Positions 42,350 through 56,957 of a stretch of DNA of 64,000 bases are shown in pieces. The notes below the pieces were generated by a model. The model was not told where the DNA came from and did no database searches. It was given only the letters and a program-made list of their open reading frames with translations. This stretch comes from Octopus vulgaris (lineage: Eukaryota). Within the stretch, counting starts at the first letter, position 1; each line of letters opens with the position of its first letter. The DNA lies in the NCBI GenBank assembly GCA_951406725.2, contig OX597842.1, forward strand, positions 14,756,001 through 14,820,000, given 5' to 3'. The position numbers and the translations under genes are program-made.

Positions 42350-44770
42350 CTTTACTACCCACAAGGGGCTAAACATAGAGGGGACAAAAACGAACAGTGA
42401 AAGGGATTAAGCTGATTACATCGGCCCAGTGCGTAACTGGTACTTATTTAATCGATCCCGAAACGATAAAAGGCAAAGTCGACCTCGGCGGAATTTGAAC
42501 TCAGAACGTAACGGCAGATATTAAATACCTATTTCTTTACTGCCCACAAGGGGTTAAACATAGAGGGGACAAACAAGGACAGACAAAGGGATTAAGTCGA
42601 TTATATCGACCCCAGTGCGTAACTGGTACTTAATTTATCGACCCCGAAAGGATGAAAGGCAAAGTCGACATCGTTCGACTTTGATCACAGAACGTAGCGG
42701 CAGCCGAAATACCTATTTCATTACTACCCACAAGGGGCTAAACACAGAGGGGACGAACAAAGACAGACAAACGGATTAAGCCGATTACATCGACCCCTTT
42801 GCGTAACGGGTACTTAATTTATCGACCCCGAAAGCATGAAATGCAAAGTCGACCTCGGCGGAATTTGAACTGAGAACGTAACGGCAGACGAAATACCTAT
42901 TTCTTTACTACCCACAAGGGGCTAAACACAGAAGGGACAAACAAGGACAGACAAATGTATTAAGTCGATTACATCGACCCCATTGCATAATTGGTACTTA
43001 ATTTATCGACCCCGAAAGGATGAAAGGCATAGTCGACCTCGTTCGAATTTGAACTCAGGACGTAACAGCAGACGAAATACCTATTTCTTTACTACCCACA
43101 TGGGGCTAAACAGAGGGATCAAACAAGGACATCCAAAGGGATTAAGTCGATTACATCGACCCCAGTGCGTAACTGGTACTTATTTAATCGAGCCCCAAAG
43201 GATGAAAGGCAAAGTCGACCTCGTTCGAATTTGAACTCAGAACGTAGCGGCAGACGAAATACCTATTTCTTTACTACCCAGAAAGGGTAAAACATAGAGG
43301 GGACAAACGAGGACAGACAAACGGATTAAGCCGATTACATCGACTCCAGTGCGTAACTGGTACTTATTTAATCGACCCCGAAAGGATGAAAGGCAAAGTC
43401 GACCTCGGCGGAATTTGAACTCAGAACGTAACGGCAGACGAAATACCTATTTCTTTACTAATCACAAGGGGCTATACACAGAGAGGACAAACAAGGACAG
43501 TCAAACGGATTAAGTCGGTTATATCGATCACAGTGCGTAACTGGTACTTAATTTATCGACACCGAAAGGATGAAAGGCAAAGTCGACCTCGGCGGAATTT
43601 GAACACAGAACGTAACGGCAGACGAAATACCTATTTCTTTACTACCCACAAGGGGCGAAACACAGAGAGGACAAACAAGGACAGACAAATGGCTTAAGTC
43701 GACTACATCGACCCCATTGCGTAATTGGTACTTAATTTATCGACCCCGATAGGATAAAAGGCAAAGTCTACCTCGGCGGAATTTGAACTCAGGACGTAAC
43801 GGCAGACGAAATACCTATTTCTTTACCACCCACAATGGGCTAAACATAGAGGGAACAAACAAGGACATCCAAAGGGATTAAGTCGATTACATCGGCCCCA
43901 GTGCGCAACTGGTACCTAATTTATCGACTCCGAAATGATGAAAGGCAAAGTCGACCTCGGCGGAATTTGAACTCTGTACGTAGCGGCAGACGAAATACCT
44001 ATTTCTTTACTACCCACAAGGGGCGAAACACAGAGAGGACAAACAAGGACAGACAAATGGATTAAGTCGACTACATCGACCCCATTGCGTAATTGGTACT
44101 TAATTTATCGACCCCGATAGGATAAAAGGCAAAGTCTACCTCGGCGGAATTTGAACTCAGGACGTAACGGCAGACGAAATACCTATTTCTTTACCACCCA
44201 CAATGGGCTAAAAATAGAGGGAACAAACAAGGACATCCAAAGGGATTAAGTCGATTACATCGGCCCCAGTGCGCAACTGGTACGTAATTTATCGACTCCG
44301 AAATGATGAAAGGCAAAGTCGACCTCGGCGGAATTTGAACTCTGTACGTAGCGGCAGACGAAATACCTATTTCTTTACTACCCAGAAGGGGCTAAACATA
44401 GAGGGGAGAAACAAGGACAGACAAACGGATGAAGCCGATTACATCGACTCCAGTGCGTAACTGGTACATAATTTATCGACTCCGAAAGGATGAAAGGCAA
44501 AATGGACCTCGGCGGAATTTGAACTCAGAACGTGAAGACAGACGAAATACCTATTTATTTACTACCCACAAGGGGCTAAACACAGAAGAGACAAACAAGG
44601 ACAGACAAACTGATTAAGTCGATTACATCGACCCCAGTGCGTAACTGATACTTAATTTATCGACCCTGAAAGGATGAAAGGCAAAGTCGACCTCGGCGGA
44701 ATTTGAACTCAGAACGTAGCGGCAGACGAAATACGGCAACGCATTTCGCCCGTTGTGCTAACGTTTCTGC
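42350..44770 (-). repeat. Tandem array of ~13 x ~183-bp SINE family B bodies behind a single head
   Basis: Same unit as 40559-41630. Head at about 44725-44770. Confidence 0.95.
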
Positions 44771-45490
44771 TGCTGCTGAACCTGTTGACGTCATAATGGA
44801 TAGCATTATTGCTGCTGCTGATTACACCGTATTGTTGTGCTTTAGTTCTTGCTATTGTAGGAGTCGTTGCAGTTCACACTGGTATTAGTGTTGTCCTTGT
44901 TGCAGTCGTCGTCATCGTCGTCGTCGTATTCGTCACACTTGCTTACAGTATTGTGTTTTATTGTTTGTAGTTTCTTTGCTGCTTTTAATAGGAGTGGCAG
45001 CGGCCTCTCTCGGCTGACTACTATGGCAGGTCGTTTAGGTACCACGTTACAGGAGAGACGAATACATTCTTTCATAAAACTATTCCTGTATTTAAATTTG
45101 TGGGAAAGACTACTGAAAAGGCTGCAAGAGGCACCGAAAATTTTAGGAAAATAAAAATAAGAAAAATTGGAAATTTTACCGGTGAGTGTGTTGAATTATA
45201 AGGCACAAAAAGAAAATGAGTCTCCGAAACGAAAATTAATTGAAAGGCAAAAATCTCAGAACGAACTGATGCCAGTTCTGTCATTAGAATTGGGAGAATC
45301 TTCTTCAGTAGAAACCTACATGCATCCGCAAAACATAAGTTATAATTTCAGCGCTCGGAAATAGTATAAATTGTATAAAGAGGAAATTTAGAGGAAACTG
45401 ACCAGCGATATTCCAAGCTTAGAAGTCATGTGTGATGCCTAATAATAATTCTTTTTAATTTTGTCAAGATATAAGTATGTATATACTTCT
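44770..45490. repeat. Duplicate of unique segment 41630-42350 (offset ~3140 bp)
   Basis: Near-identical sequence including the flanking SINE junctions. Confidence 0.95.
44971..45364 (+). pseudogene. Possible terminal-exon remnant (F), copy 2
   Basis: ORFs 44867-45154 and 45167-45364 are in one frame, separated by taa-aaa-taa. Confidence 0.3.
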
Positions 45491-45904
45491 TTACTACCCA
45501 CAATGGGCTAAACATAGAGGGGACAAAAACCAACAGTGAAAGGGATTAAGTCGATTATATCGACCCCAGTGCGTAACTGGTACTTAATTTATCGACCACG
45601 AAAGAATGAAAGGCAAAGTCGACCCCGAAAGGATGAAAGGCAAAGTCGACCTCAGCGGAATTTGAACTCAGAACGTAGCAGCAGACGAAATACTTATTTG
45701 TTTACTACCCACAAGGGGCTAAACAGAGGAGACAAACAAGGACAGATAAACGGATTAATTCGATTATATGGCCCCCAGTGCGTAACTGGTACTTAATTTA
45801 TCGACCCCGAAATGATGAAAGGCAAAGTCGACCTCGGCGGAATTTGAACCGAGAACGTAACGGCAGACGAAATACCTATTTCTTTACTACCCACACTTTG
45901 CCTA

Positions 45905-46083
45905 CTTTGCCTAGTTGTGCAATTTTCTGTATGTTATATGTGTTTGTAAGTCCTGGTATTTTTGTTATGCATTTGAATATTTTTTTATCATGCCTAATGC
46001 ACCTACTATGACAGGAATTGTTTCTGTTTTTAGATTCCACATTCTGGTTACCTCTATTTCCAGGTCTTTGTATTTTGAAATTT
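45905..46083 (-). mobile_element. R4/Dong-like RLE C-terminal fragment
   Basis: Matches 55865-56040 (KYKDLEIEVTRMWNLKTETIPVIVGALG). Confidence 0.8.
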
Positions 46084-46253
46084 TATTATTATTATTATTA
46101 TTATTGTTAAGGCGGTGAGCTGTAAGAAATGCTTAGAGTTACTTCGCCCTTTGTTACGTTCTGAGGTCCTCCTGTAAGAGATTCTCGTTTTATATTTGAG
46201 GAAACTTGTCATTTGAGGGGCTCTCTTTTCGTTCCCTATATATAACTATGTAT

Positions 46254-46419
46254 AGGCGCAGGAGTGGTTGTGTGGTAAGTAGCTTGCTTACCAACCACAT
46301 GGTTCCGGGTTCACTCCCACTGCGTGGCATCTGGGGCAAGGGTCTACTACTATAGCCTCGGGCCGACCAATGCCTTGTTAGTGGATTTGGTAGACGGAAA
46401 CTGAAAGAAACCCGTCGTA

Positions 46420-46460
<41 letters not shown>

Positions 46461-46483
46461 CATATATACGACGGGTTTCTTTC

Positions 46484-46528
<45 letters not shown>

Positions 46529-46682
46529 TGTGTGTGTTTGTGTGGCTGTGTTAGTCCCCCTAGCATTGCTTGACAACCGATACTGGTGTGTTTATGTCCC
46601 CGTTACTTAGCGGTTCGGCAAAAGAGACCGATAGAATAAGTACTGGGATTACAAAAGAATAAGTCCCGGGGTCGAGTTGCTC
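46254..46682 (+). mobile_element. tRNA-derived SINE family A
   Basis: ggcgcaggagtggttgtgtggtaag...ggttcactccc, internal (TA)/(TG), 3' end truncated. Confidence 0.88.
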
Positions 46683-47130
46683 TGAAGTCTTAAAAGATTA
46701 GATTTTAAATATATATTTTAGAGGTTATGTTTCTATATTGTATTTGAAACAATAGTCTATGTAATAGTTTGTTAAATTTAGAAAATGTTGCTACTTTCTC
46801 TGGAATTACCAGCAGAATTGATGACGAAATAAAATGATTATATAAAAGTGTAGTCTTTTAAAGGAAAAAGAGGTGAATAATAATTGAAAACTTGGTGTGC
46901 CGTTTATAGATATATATATATAGAGAGAGAGATTAAGAGACTAGCCATTAATTTATAAATCTGCAATAAAAAGAAGGGACACAAAACTTTTATAATGATG
47001 TATTACTTTTACATCTCATCACATTTATAGTCATTTAGGCTCGAATCTTCGGTTGGCTTAGTTTCGGAACACTCTTTCTCTCTCTCTCTTTCTCTCTTTA
47101 TCTATCTATCTTTCTACCAATCTATCTATC

Positions 47131-47221
<91 letters not shown>

Positions 47222-47493
47222 ATATATATACATAAATATATACGTACATAACATATATATATATATATATATTTATAAAGGGAAGCTTTATGAAAATAAA
47301 CAAAAGACGAAGGCAGGTGGAGTACAAACAAACAATTGTATTAATATGGCGCTCAGGAATATAAATAAAACTTACATATACATACATATATACGTACATA
47401 CATACAGATATGTATATATATACATACAGGTACATATATATATATATATTTATTCATTCATACATATATATGTACATACATACACATACATAC

Positions 47494-47533
<40 letters not shown>

Positions 47534-47574
47534 ATATATATGTATGTATGTATGTATGTATCTATCTATCTATA

Positions 47575-47780
47575 TGTGACCTCGTGAGTACCGCCGGCGA
47601 TTTTTTTCCTCTGTATTCCCTTCCCGTGATCTTTTCTTCTACTACGTTTCCGACGAAGAGCTCCGCTTGAAACGTTAAACCCTCCTTCTTCCCTTCTTTC
47701 CTGAGAGTCCAATAATACTTTATTTGTTCCACGTCCTCGCATTGCTGTGTTTTTTTTGTGTCTTCTTGTTTGGATTAACT
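47575..47780 (+). mobile_element. Short Penelope-type repeat with minimal hammerhead-like motif
   Basis: gtttCCGACGAagagc-tcc-gcttGAAAcgttaaac at 47646-47680. Paralog of 5540-5733. Confidence 0.6.
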
Positions 47781-48229
47781 ATATATATATATATATATAT
47801 ATACTTGGATTTTCATCGTCTGAAAAAGTCAGTGTTTTGTTTCTTTCTATATACATGGATAAATATTTTGTATATGACTCTTACGTGGTCTCATTTCTTT
47901 AATTTCATCTTTCTTATCCTTCTCTCCCTCTCTCTGTCTCTTTCTGTCTCTCTCTGTCTCTCTCTTCACCTATGGAAAATACATACATACATATATATGC
48001 ATACATACACTCAAACTTATATGCATACGTCATACATACATGCATACAAACATAATATATACATGCATGCATACATACATACATACATACATACATACAT
48101 ACATACATACATACATACATACATACATACATACATACATACACACATACATATGCATCACAAGATTTCAATTTACCAGTTTTCCGATTCAGTATTTTGT
48201 CTGACATTTGAAACGAGGATAAAAATTCT

Positions 48230-50525
48230 TGAAATATTTCAAACGATCAGCCCAAAGCTTTCTACGTCACACTGGTGAAATGACTCGCACTGCATCGCTG
48301 CTTCCAACGCAAAATCTACTGTAATTACAAAGAGAACGGCAGCAGCACCCACCACAACAACGATAAACACAGAAGCAACAAAACAAACCTCCACTCAAGG
48401 AAAGGCGTGAAAAAATATCCCGTGACTACCTCCACAATCACAACCACCACTACGAACAACATCAGTAAACGATACGGAAGAAATTAAATCCAAATCCAGG
48501 CTACTCTTCTGATATAGAAGTGGCTTTGCAAGACACCAAATCACCCTAGTGGGTAGTCAGGAATGGTGGAAATAGTGTCTTGACCACTAACCCCTCAAAC
48601 TTTGTTAGCACCAAGTACGAGTGTCCCTAGTCTCATAAATAAATCGATAGAACAACAATTACAAAACCCACAACAATAACTTCAACAACAAGAGACAATC
48701 CTGCAACAACAAAAGAAAAAGAAATGACAGTCCGAATAACAGCGCGAGTCATATCGGGATCGGAAAGAAAAGGACCAAAGCCAAAAGCAACCAAACCGAC
48801 GCCCACATCAGATACAATGGACGTAACATTTAGAGCAACACCTGACGGAGGAGTCTCCCAACTGAACAGTTCTCCGAAAGTAAAACGTTGATCTCATCAA
48901 GTTTACAAACTCAGGTAAAAGCAAAAGTTTAACAAATGAGGCTTTTGATGCTCTCAACGTTTCCAAAAATATACAAGAAAAGGCTCTGGTAGGAACGCCA
49001 GCAACAATGTACAGTGTTTCGAAGAAAAGTTTCCAACATGATGTGGAAGGATTGAAAAACATTTTACACAGAAGAATCTTAGAAGACACATACAACGTCC
49101 TGGAAAAAGTTTTCTTGGATCAGGAAACGAAACAGTAGATCCCGATGGGAATATCTCGCTCCTTAATTTTGGTGGGTGATTGGAATGGGACTTTGAACGC
49201 AGACAAGTATTTTGTGGGATTAGTCAAACTCGTAACCATTATAGTAACTTTTATAGTTGACAAAGAAAAGACGAATAAAAAGGATCCTGTTACTGGAAGA
49301 TGAATGCATCCATTCCCGTGTGAAAATGTTCCAAGGATCAGATTATTATACGAGTCAAGCAAATATTGATAGGAGATATAATCTAGAGTAAGTGATGTGT
49401 TTTACTAAAGAGAAAAGTCAGTGACATCTGTTAGTTTTAGCAGAAATTGTTATAGAAAACTACAGGTGAAGGCGTAGCTGTGTGGTAAGAAGCTTGCTTC
49501 CCAACCACACAGTCACGGGTTCAGTCCCACTGCGTGGCACCTTGGATGAGTGCCTTCTTTTCTAGACTCTGTTCTACCAAATCCTTCTGAGTGGATTTGG
49601 TAGACGGAAACTGAAAAGAATCCGTCGTACATCTCTCTCTCTCTCACTCTCTCTCTATATATATATATATGTTTGTGTGTGTGTCTCTCTGTGTCTATGT
49701 GTGTGTGTGTACACTTATATGTATGTATGTGTGTGTGTGTGTTTGTCCCCCACCATCGATTGACAACCGATGTTGGTGTATTTAGGCCCCCGTAAACCAG
49801 TGGTTCATAAAAAGAAACCGATAGAATAAGTACTAGGCTTACAAAGACTAAGGCCTGTGGTCAATTTGTTCGACTGAAAGCGATGCTCCAGCATGGTGGC
49901 AGTCAATTGACTGAACCAAATAGAAGAATAAAAGGATAGAAAATAAACTAAATAGTTTAGAAGAGACACATAGGAGATGAAAGGGATAGCAAAGAACGTG
50001 CTGGCGGTGAGAATGGATCTCGACTATTTCTTCGACGCTAAACACGAAGGTTACATTATTTAGGCTACAGTGCATTCTCTGGAACATGCAAGCTCAAATA
50101 TTGTCGGTTGGGCCCGTGTGGTGGAGGCACAGTTTACCATTACTGCAAGAAATATGTCAGTAGCAGAACGCAGCGGTCTAGTGCTCTCCAATTCCGAGTA
50201 ACTGTTTCCGTAGCATTTCGTCAAACTGTTTTCGAGGAGCGATATACTTGAGACAGCGGGCTTTAAGGCCTACTTCCATTATTTTCCGCAACAATCGGAC
50301 TGGGAGACTGAGGATTGTGAAAGACTAATTTCAGCAGATGAAGTGGCAGAAATACTGATCCGCTGTGAGGGGATTAAATCACCAGGATTGGATAATCTGC
50401 CTTCGGAATTAAATTTCTATATGGCAAACATCATGGAAGGGAACCGATAATAGATCTGGTTTTGGGAAGGGCTCTGGTCAATTTGAATCAACCCAAAGCA
50501 TTTGACAGGGTAGGTCATCGCCACA
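48230..50525 (+). mobile_element. Degenerate Tx1/L1-like LINE interrupted by a SINE
   Basis: LILVGDWNGTL (~49165), ISADEVAEIL...KSPGLDNLP (~50330-50400) and NQPKAFDRVGH (~50485-50518). Confidence 0.65.
49470..49935 (+). mobile_element. tRNA-derived SINE family A, full length
   Basis: Head, cttggatgagtg core, internal microsatellite, tail gactgaaccaaatagaagaataaaag. Confidence 0.88.
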
Positions 50526-50639
50526 TGTCTGCTCATTCACAAATAAAAATACAAACCAAAACTTAAATCCCAACCCTCGTTAATGCATAAACAATAATAA
50601 CAGTAATCCTTTGTACGTGAAACACAAATCTCATATTTT

Positions 50640-50835
50640 CATGTTTGGGAGGAAGGGGTCAACTCGATTACATCGACCCTAATGCGTAACTCGTATTTAA
50701 GTTATTAGTTTATCGACCCTGAAAGGATGAAAGGCAAAATCGATCCCGGCGGAATTTAAACTTCGGATGTAACAGCAGATGAAATACCGCTAAGCATTTC
50801 GCGCGGTGTGCTAAGGATGCTGCCAGATCACCGAC
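50640..50835 (-). mobile_element. SINE family B copy
   Basis: atcgaccctgaaaggatgaaaggc...gaaataccgctaagcatttcgc. Further fragments at 54998-55190, 55460-55630 and 62340-62455. Confidence 0.8.
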
Positions 50836-50953
<118 letters not shown>

Positions 50954-51000
50954 TAATAATAATAATAACAATAATAGTAATAATGATAATAATATTAATG

Positions 51001-51031
<31 letters not shown>

Positions 51032-51048
51032 TAATAATAATAATAATG

Positions 51049-51088
<40 letters not shown>

Positions 51089-51119
51089 TCATAATAATAA
51101 TGATGATGATGATAATAAT

Positions 51120-51194
<75 letters not shown>

Positions 51195-51195
51195 T

Positions 51196-54100
51196 TTCAT
51201 TACTATCTCTGCTGCTATTTTCCATGACCCGTCTTTTATATGGCTTCGAGCTCCACCTCTGTGAACCAACGATTTTTTTCTTATTGCTGTAGCTTGATCT
51301 CATAGTATCTGTTCCGTTAGTTGAAACAATCACTTTTCTCTACAATGATCATACATACGTCGTCGGTAACCCCTAATTTGAGCTCCATTTTTATTCTACC
51401 GGGCTGCTCTGGTAGTAACACTCCATGACCACAGCATTAGTTTGCTTGCTCCGCTCCATCTACGCCGTGTGTGGCGGTCCCATTCTGATATGGAGAGCAC
51501 AGGAAAGGAGCAGTGGTAGTTTACTTGATGAGAGACATATAGATGGTTTGTAAGAAGACAATAAAACTAATTGTGACATGATAGATGAAGAAAAGGCAAA
51601 CTACTACAGAATAAAGGGAAGACTACAGGAGAACGATAGCGACATTATTTCCAACGTTAAAAAAACGTTCATCGATGGAAATTGAGCTAAGAAACGAAAA
51701 ATATCAATGAAACTCTTAAATACATCAGAACAAACAACATCACAGAAACAAATAATTTGATCAAGGCAGCAAGTATTGTTGTAGCAGAAAACGTGGGTGT
51801 TGATGTCAAGAAAAAGAAACATAATGGGAGTCACAAAAGAAAAGATCCTTGGTGGAAAAGAAGAATACAGGCAGGATTAGACATGCTCTCGAAGGAAATC
51901 TCTATGTTAGACCGCAAAGAGATAGGTGAGCTTAAAAGTGAACAAAAATACAGGTTGCTAAAAGGGAAGCATAATATTGAAAGAAAAGGCCTGAAAGTAG
52001 TAATGGAGGAATTGAAACAGCGCCTCGTTGCAAAGAAACAAAAGATGGTAAGATACGACCAAAGAACGAAGGGTTACCACCAGACTAGGTTTTTCAGAGT
52101 AGATCAGAAGAGATTCTATAAAGAAATGCAGGGAGAGTATACAGATGAAAACTTGATACCAGATAACATTGAAAGCCAAAGGCTTTGGAGTAACAAGGAG
52201 CACAAGAAGGATGTTGAATGGTTGCAAGAACTGAAACAAAAAGTAGTCTGTCCAAAACAGGCAGAAGTAGTCATTTCAGTTCAGGAAGGGAAGGAAATCA
52301 ACAAAAGAATGAGCAACTGGAAGGTCCCGGGACCAGATGAATTTCAAGGCTTCTGGAACAAAAGGTTCGCCGTAAATCGTGCACGAATAGCTGCACAATT
52401 CAACACCTTGTTAAATGCCGACCAATAACACCAGTGAGGTTGATATTGGGTAGGACTGTTCTGTGCTTGAAAATCATGGAAAAAAGACAATTAGAGGCCG
52501 ATATCCTGTTTGCGACTTATGTGGAAGTTATTGACTGGAATAGTCGCAGAGTCAATGTATGAATATCTGGAAAAAATGGAGTCCCGTCACATGAACAGAA
52601 GCATTGCAAGCGTAAGTGCAGATGTACCAAGGATCAAATCCTGATAAATAAAACTGTACTTAGAGACTGCAAGAGAAGGAAAACTAAGTTAGCCATGTCA
52701 TGGATCGACTATCGTGAGACGTACGGGATGATCCCACATTCTTGGATTATGGAATGTATGAACCTATTTGGTATTGCATTAAATGTTGAGCAACTGCTTG
52801 GAAAAAGTATGGCGAATTGGAGGACGGATCTGACAGCATACAGAAGAGGTTTTAGGGACAGTAGAAATTAGGAGGAGTAACTTCCAAGGGGACTGCCTGT
52901 CCCTACTGATATTTGTTCTGTGATTGATACGATTAACACTGATCCTGAGGAAAGCAAAAGCAGATTATGTATTCAAAAGCCGCCAACAAAGAGTTATTTA
53001 TTGATGGCGTCAAACTTTATGGTAAAGATGAAGCCCAGGTCACTTCGCTCGTTGATACGGTGTATACTTTCAGTGTTGATATAAGAATGAAGTTAGGCCG
53101 GAGTAAGTGTGAGGCGTTAGTCTTGAAGAGAGGCAAATTTAAATGTATGGACGGGTTAACGATATCGTCAGGGAAGGTTATGAAGCAGATAGAAGACACG
53201 GGCTATAATTACTTGGAGATTTTGGAAATGAATAAATTGATGGAGAAGAAAATGACACAAACATTTAAGGTGGAGTATGTGCACAGACTGAGACTGATCC
53301 TTAAGTCGAAATTAAACATACGGAATAAGATTGAAGCTATCAACACTCATGCTGTTTCACTGCTTAGATATGGAACAGGGTGATCGGATGGACAGTAGAA
53401 GAGCTAAATAAGTTAGACAGAAAGATAAGGAATTTGCTCACTAGATATGGGACACTCCACCCCAAAATTGACAGAAACAGACTGCGTGTACCAAGGAAAA
53501 ATGGGGGAAAAGGACTTATTGGATGCGAACACAGCATTAGAGCAGAAGAAAAACATAGCATGGTATGTCAAAATGTCACAGAACCGCTATTATTAGAAGT
53601 AAGAAGGTCAGGCATGTGTAGGATGAAAGATGGCAAAGATAAAACACTGTACAAGGAAATGAAAAGGAAGGAAACGGAAAATAGGAGGGAAAAGAAAAGA
53701 ATGCATGGTAAATTTCATACGGATGTTAAAGATAAGACAGACAGAGAAAAAAGATGGCTGTGGACATAATGGTGAAAGTGTATGGCATATTAACAGCCAG
53801 TGTACGCCACTAGCCCAGAAGGAATATAAGAGACACCACGACAATATAGCCAGACTTGTCCACTGGACAAATTGCAACAAGTAGGAACTTAAAGCAAAAA
53901 ACTGATACGACTACAAACCCGAAGGCATCATCGAAAATAAAGATGCAAAGATCCTATGGATTTTCATGATTCAGTGCGACGATGAGAGAGAGAATAGGAA
54001 GCCAGCCATAGTCTTAATTGAGAAAGAAAACAAACTATGCTGGATCATAGATACAGCATGTCCAGTTGACAGCAAGGTATGCGATAAAGAAGAGAGAAAA

Positions 54101-54376
54101 TTCGATAGATATGACAAGGCAGCTCGGGAGGTTAAGCAGTTATGGTCGATGAAAAAATTAGCTGTAGTACCAATAATTGTGAGAGCCCTAGGAAGAGTGA
54201 GCAAAAACCTCGAGAAGTACATGGAATAAATAGGGGATGCAATATGGGTGGAGCACTTGCAGAAAACAGCACTGCTTGGAACCGCTCGAATACTCTGGAA
54301 GAGGTGGTACATTAGTTCACTGGGAGTGAACAGCTGACAACGTAGTACATCCCCAGCGTTAGAAGTTGTGCAAAGG
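51196..54376 (+). mobile_element. Degenerate, probably near full-length R4/Dong-like element between (TAA)n tracts
   Basis: PWWKRRI, RYDQR, WKVPGPD, FQGDCLSLL, FIDGVKL, YNYLE, GGKGL, RHDN, KPAIV, TALLGTARIL. Many frameshifts. Confidence 0.9.
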
Positions 54377-54390
54377 TAATAATAATAATG

Positions 54391-54997
<607 letters not shown>

Positions 54998-55244
54998 TCT
55001 GCTAGAATCGTTAACACGCTGGGTATTTGTCCGTCATATTCTTCTGAGTTCAAATTCCGCCGAGGTCGACTTTGCCTTTCGTCTTACCGGGCTTTCGAGG
55101 TCGATAAATTAAATACCAGTTGTGTACTGGGCTAGATCTAATCGACTGGTCCCCCTCCCACATTACAGAAATTGTGCCTAAAGTAAAACGGATTTTTCTT
55201 CTTCGTCTTCTTTGTCTTCTTCTTCTTCGTCTTCTTCTCAATAT

Positions 55245-55284
<40 letters not shown>

Positions 55285-55356
55285 GCTACTACTACTAGTA
55301 CTGCTGCTGCTGCTGCTACTACTAATATTACTATGATTATTATTAATATTATTATA

Positions 55357-55437
<81 letters not shown>

Positions 55438-55644
55438 ATTATTATTATTATTATTATTATTAAGTCGTTGAATTGGCAGAATCCTTAACACAACGGGGGG
55501 AAATGCTTAGCGGTATTTTGTCTGCTGCTACGTTTTGAGTTCAAATTCCACCAAAGTAGACTTTGCCATTTATCCTTTCGGGGTCGATTAAATAACTAAC
55601 CATTACGCACTAGGGCCGATGTAATCCCTTCCACCAAGTCTGAG

Positions 55645-55727
<83 letters not shown>

Positions 55728-55732
<5 letters not shown>

Positions 55733-56762
55733 TAGTTTTATTTTTATAGTGGGCATTCACTTCACTACCGAGTGCAGCTCTGTGTGGCTTGGGTATGTGT
55801 TGTGATTTGTTGTGGTGCTCTGATGGTTACTCTATTGAAAGTGTTCTGCGTAGGATGTGTGCAGTGTCTAGTAATGCAATTTTCTGTATGTTATATGTGT
55901 TTGTAAGTCCTGGCGTTTTTGTTATATATTTGTCTGAATATTTTTTATCATGCCTAATGCACCTACTATGATAAGAATTGTTTCTGTTTTTAGATTCCAC
56001 GTGCTAGTTACCTCTATTTCCAGGTCTTTGTATTTTGAAAGTTTCTCCATTTCTTTTAGAGGAACGTTGTCATCTGCTGGTATTGATACATCAATTAGAA
56101 AGCATGTTTTTCTTCATGATCTCTGACAACTATATATGGTCTGTTGGCCTTAATTTCTATATCTGTGTGCATCGGCATATCTCAGAGTATGGTTGCTTTC
56201 TCGTTTTCTGTGACCTTTTCTGGTATGTGCCTATACTATCTTTTTTCGTTGTTATTCCATAATGTTGGCATAGCTTCCAGTGTATGTAGGTCCCAACTCT
56301 GTCGTGTCTGTGAATATATTCCTTCTTAGCCAGGACTGGGCAGCCAGAGATAATATGATTTATTGTTTCTTGTCCATCTCCACATATTCTGCAGTTACTT
56401 GTTATATTGCTTTTCATTATAAGTTGTTGGTAATGGAGAGGCTTTGGTCTTGTGCTGCATTTAAAAATCCTTCCGTCTCTGCTTTGAGTCCTGAACTTCT
56501 CAACCATTGCTGAGGTTTTTCTTTGTCTATTTCTTTTGCATTTAATTTGGTCCAGTATTTGCCATGAAGAGGCTTTTCTTTCCATCGTTTTATCATGGTC
56601 CGTTGCTGTTTGAATTTCATTTGTTTTATAGCTTTTGTTGTGTTTTCTTCTTCTTCTTCTTCTTCTCCTTCTTCTTCTTCTTCTTCTTCTTCTTCTTCTT
56701 CTTCTTCTTCTTCTTCTTCTTCTTCTTCTTCTTCTTCTTCTTCATATTTGTTAGGTGGTATG
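55728..56762 (-). mobile_element. R4/Dong-like element, 5'-truncated, with internal (GAA)n expansion
   Basis: KPLHGKY, AETEGFLNAAQDQ, CRIC...HIISGC, RHD. Same 3' end as 38996. (TTC)n at ~56645-56742. Confidence 0.9.
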
Positions 56763-56866
56763 GTTTCTTGTTTTTATTTGTTGTTGTTATTATTATTATT
56801 ATTATCATTATTATTATCATTATGAACATCATCATCATCATCATTATCATCATCATAATCATCATC

Positions 56867-56941
<75 letters not shown>

Positions 56942-56957
56942 TTCATCATCATCATCA

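Noticed and set aside
46254-46330. tRNA genes at SINE heads
   Set aside because: A/B boxes are present but continue into SINE bodies, and no complete cloverleaf is evident.
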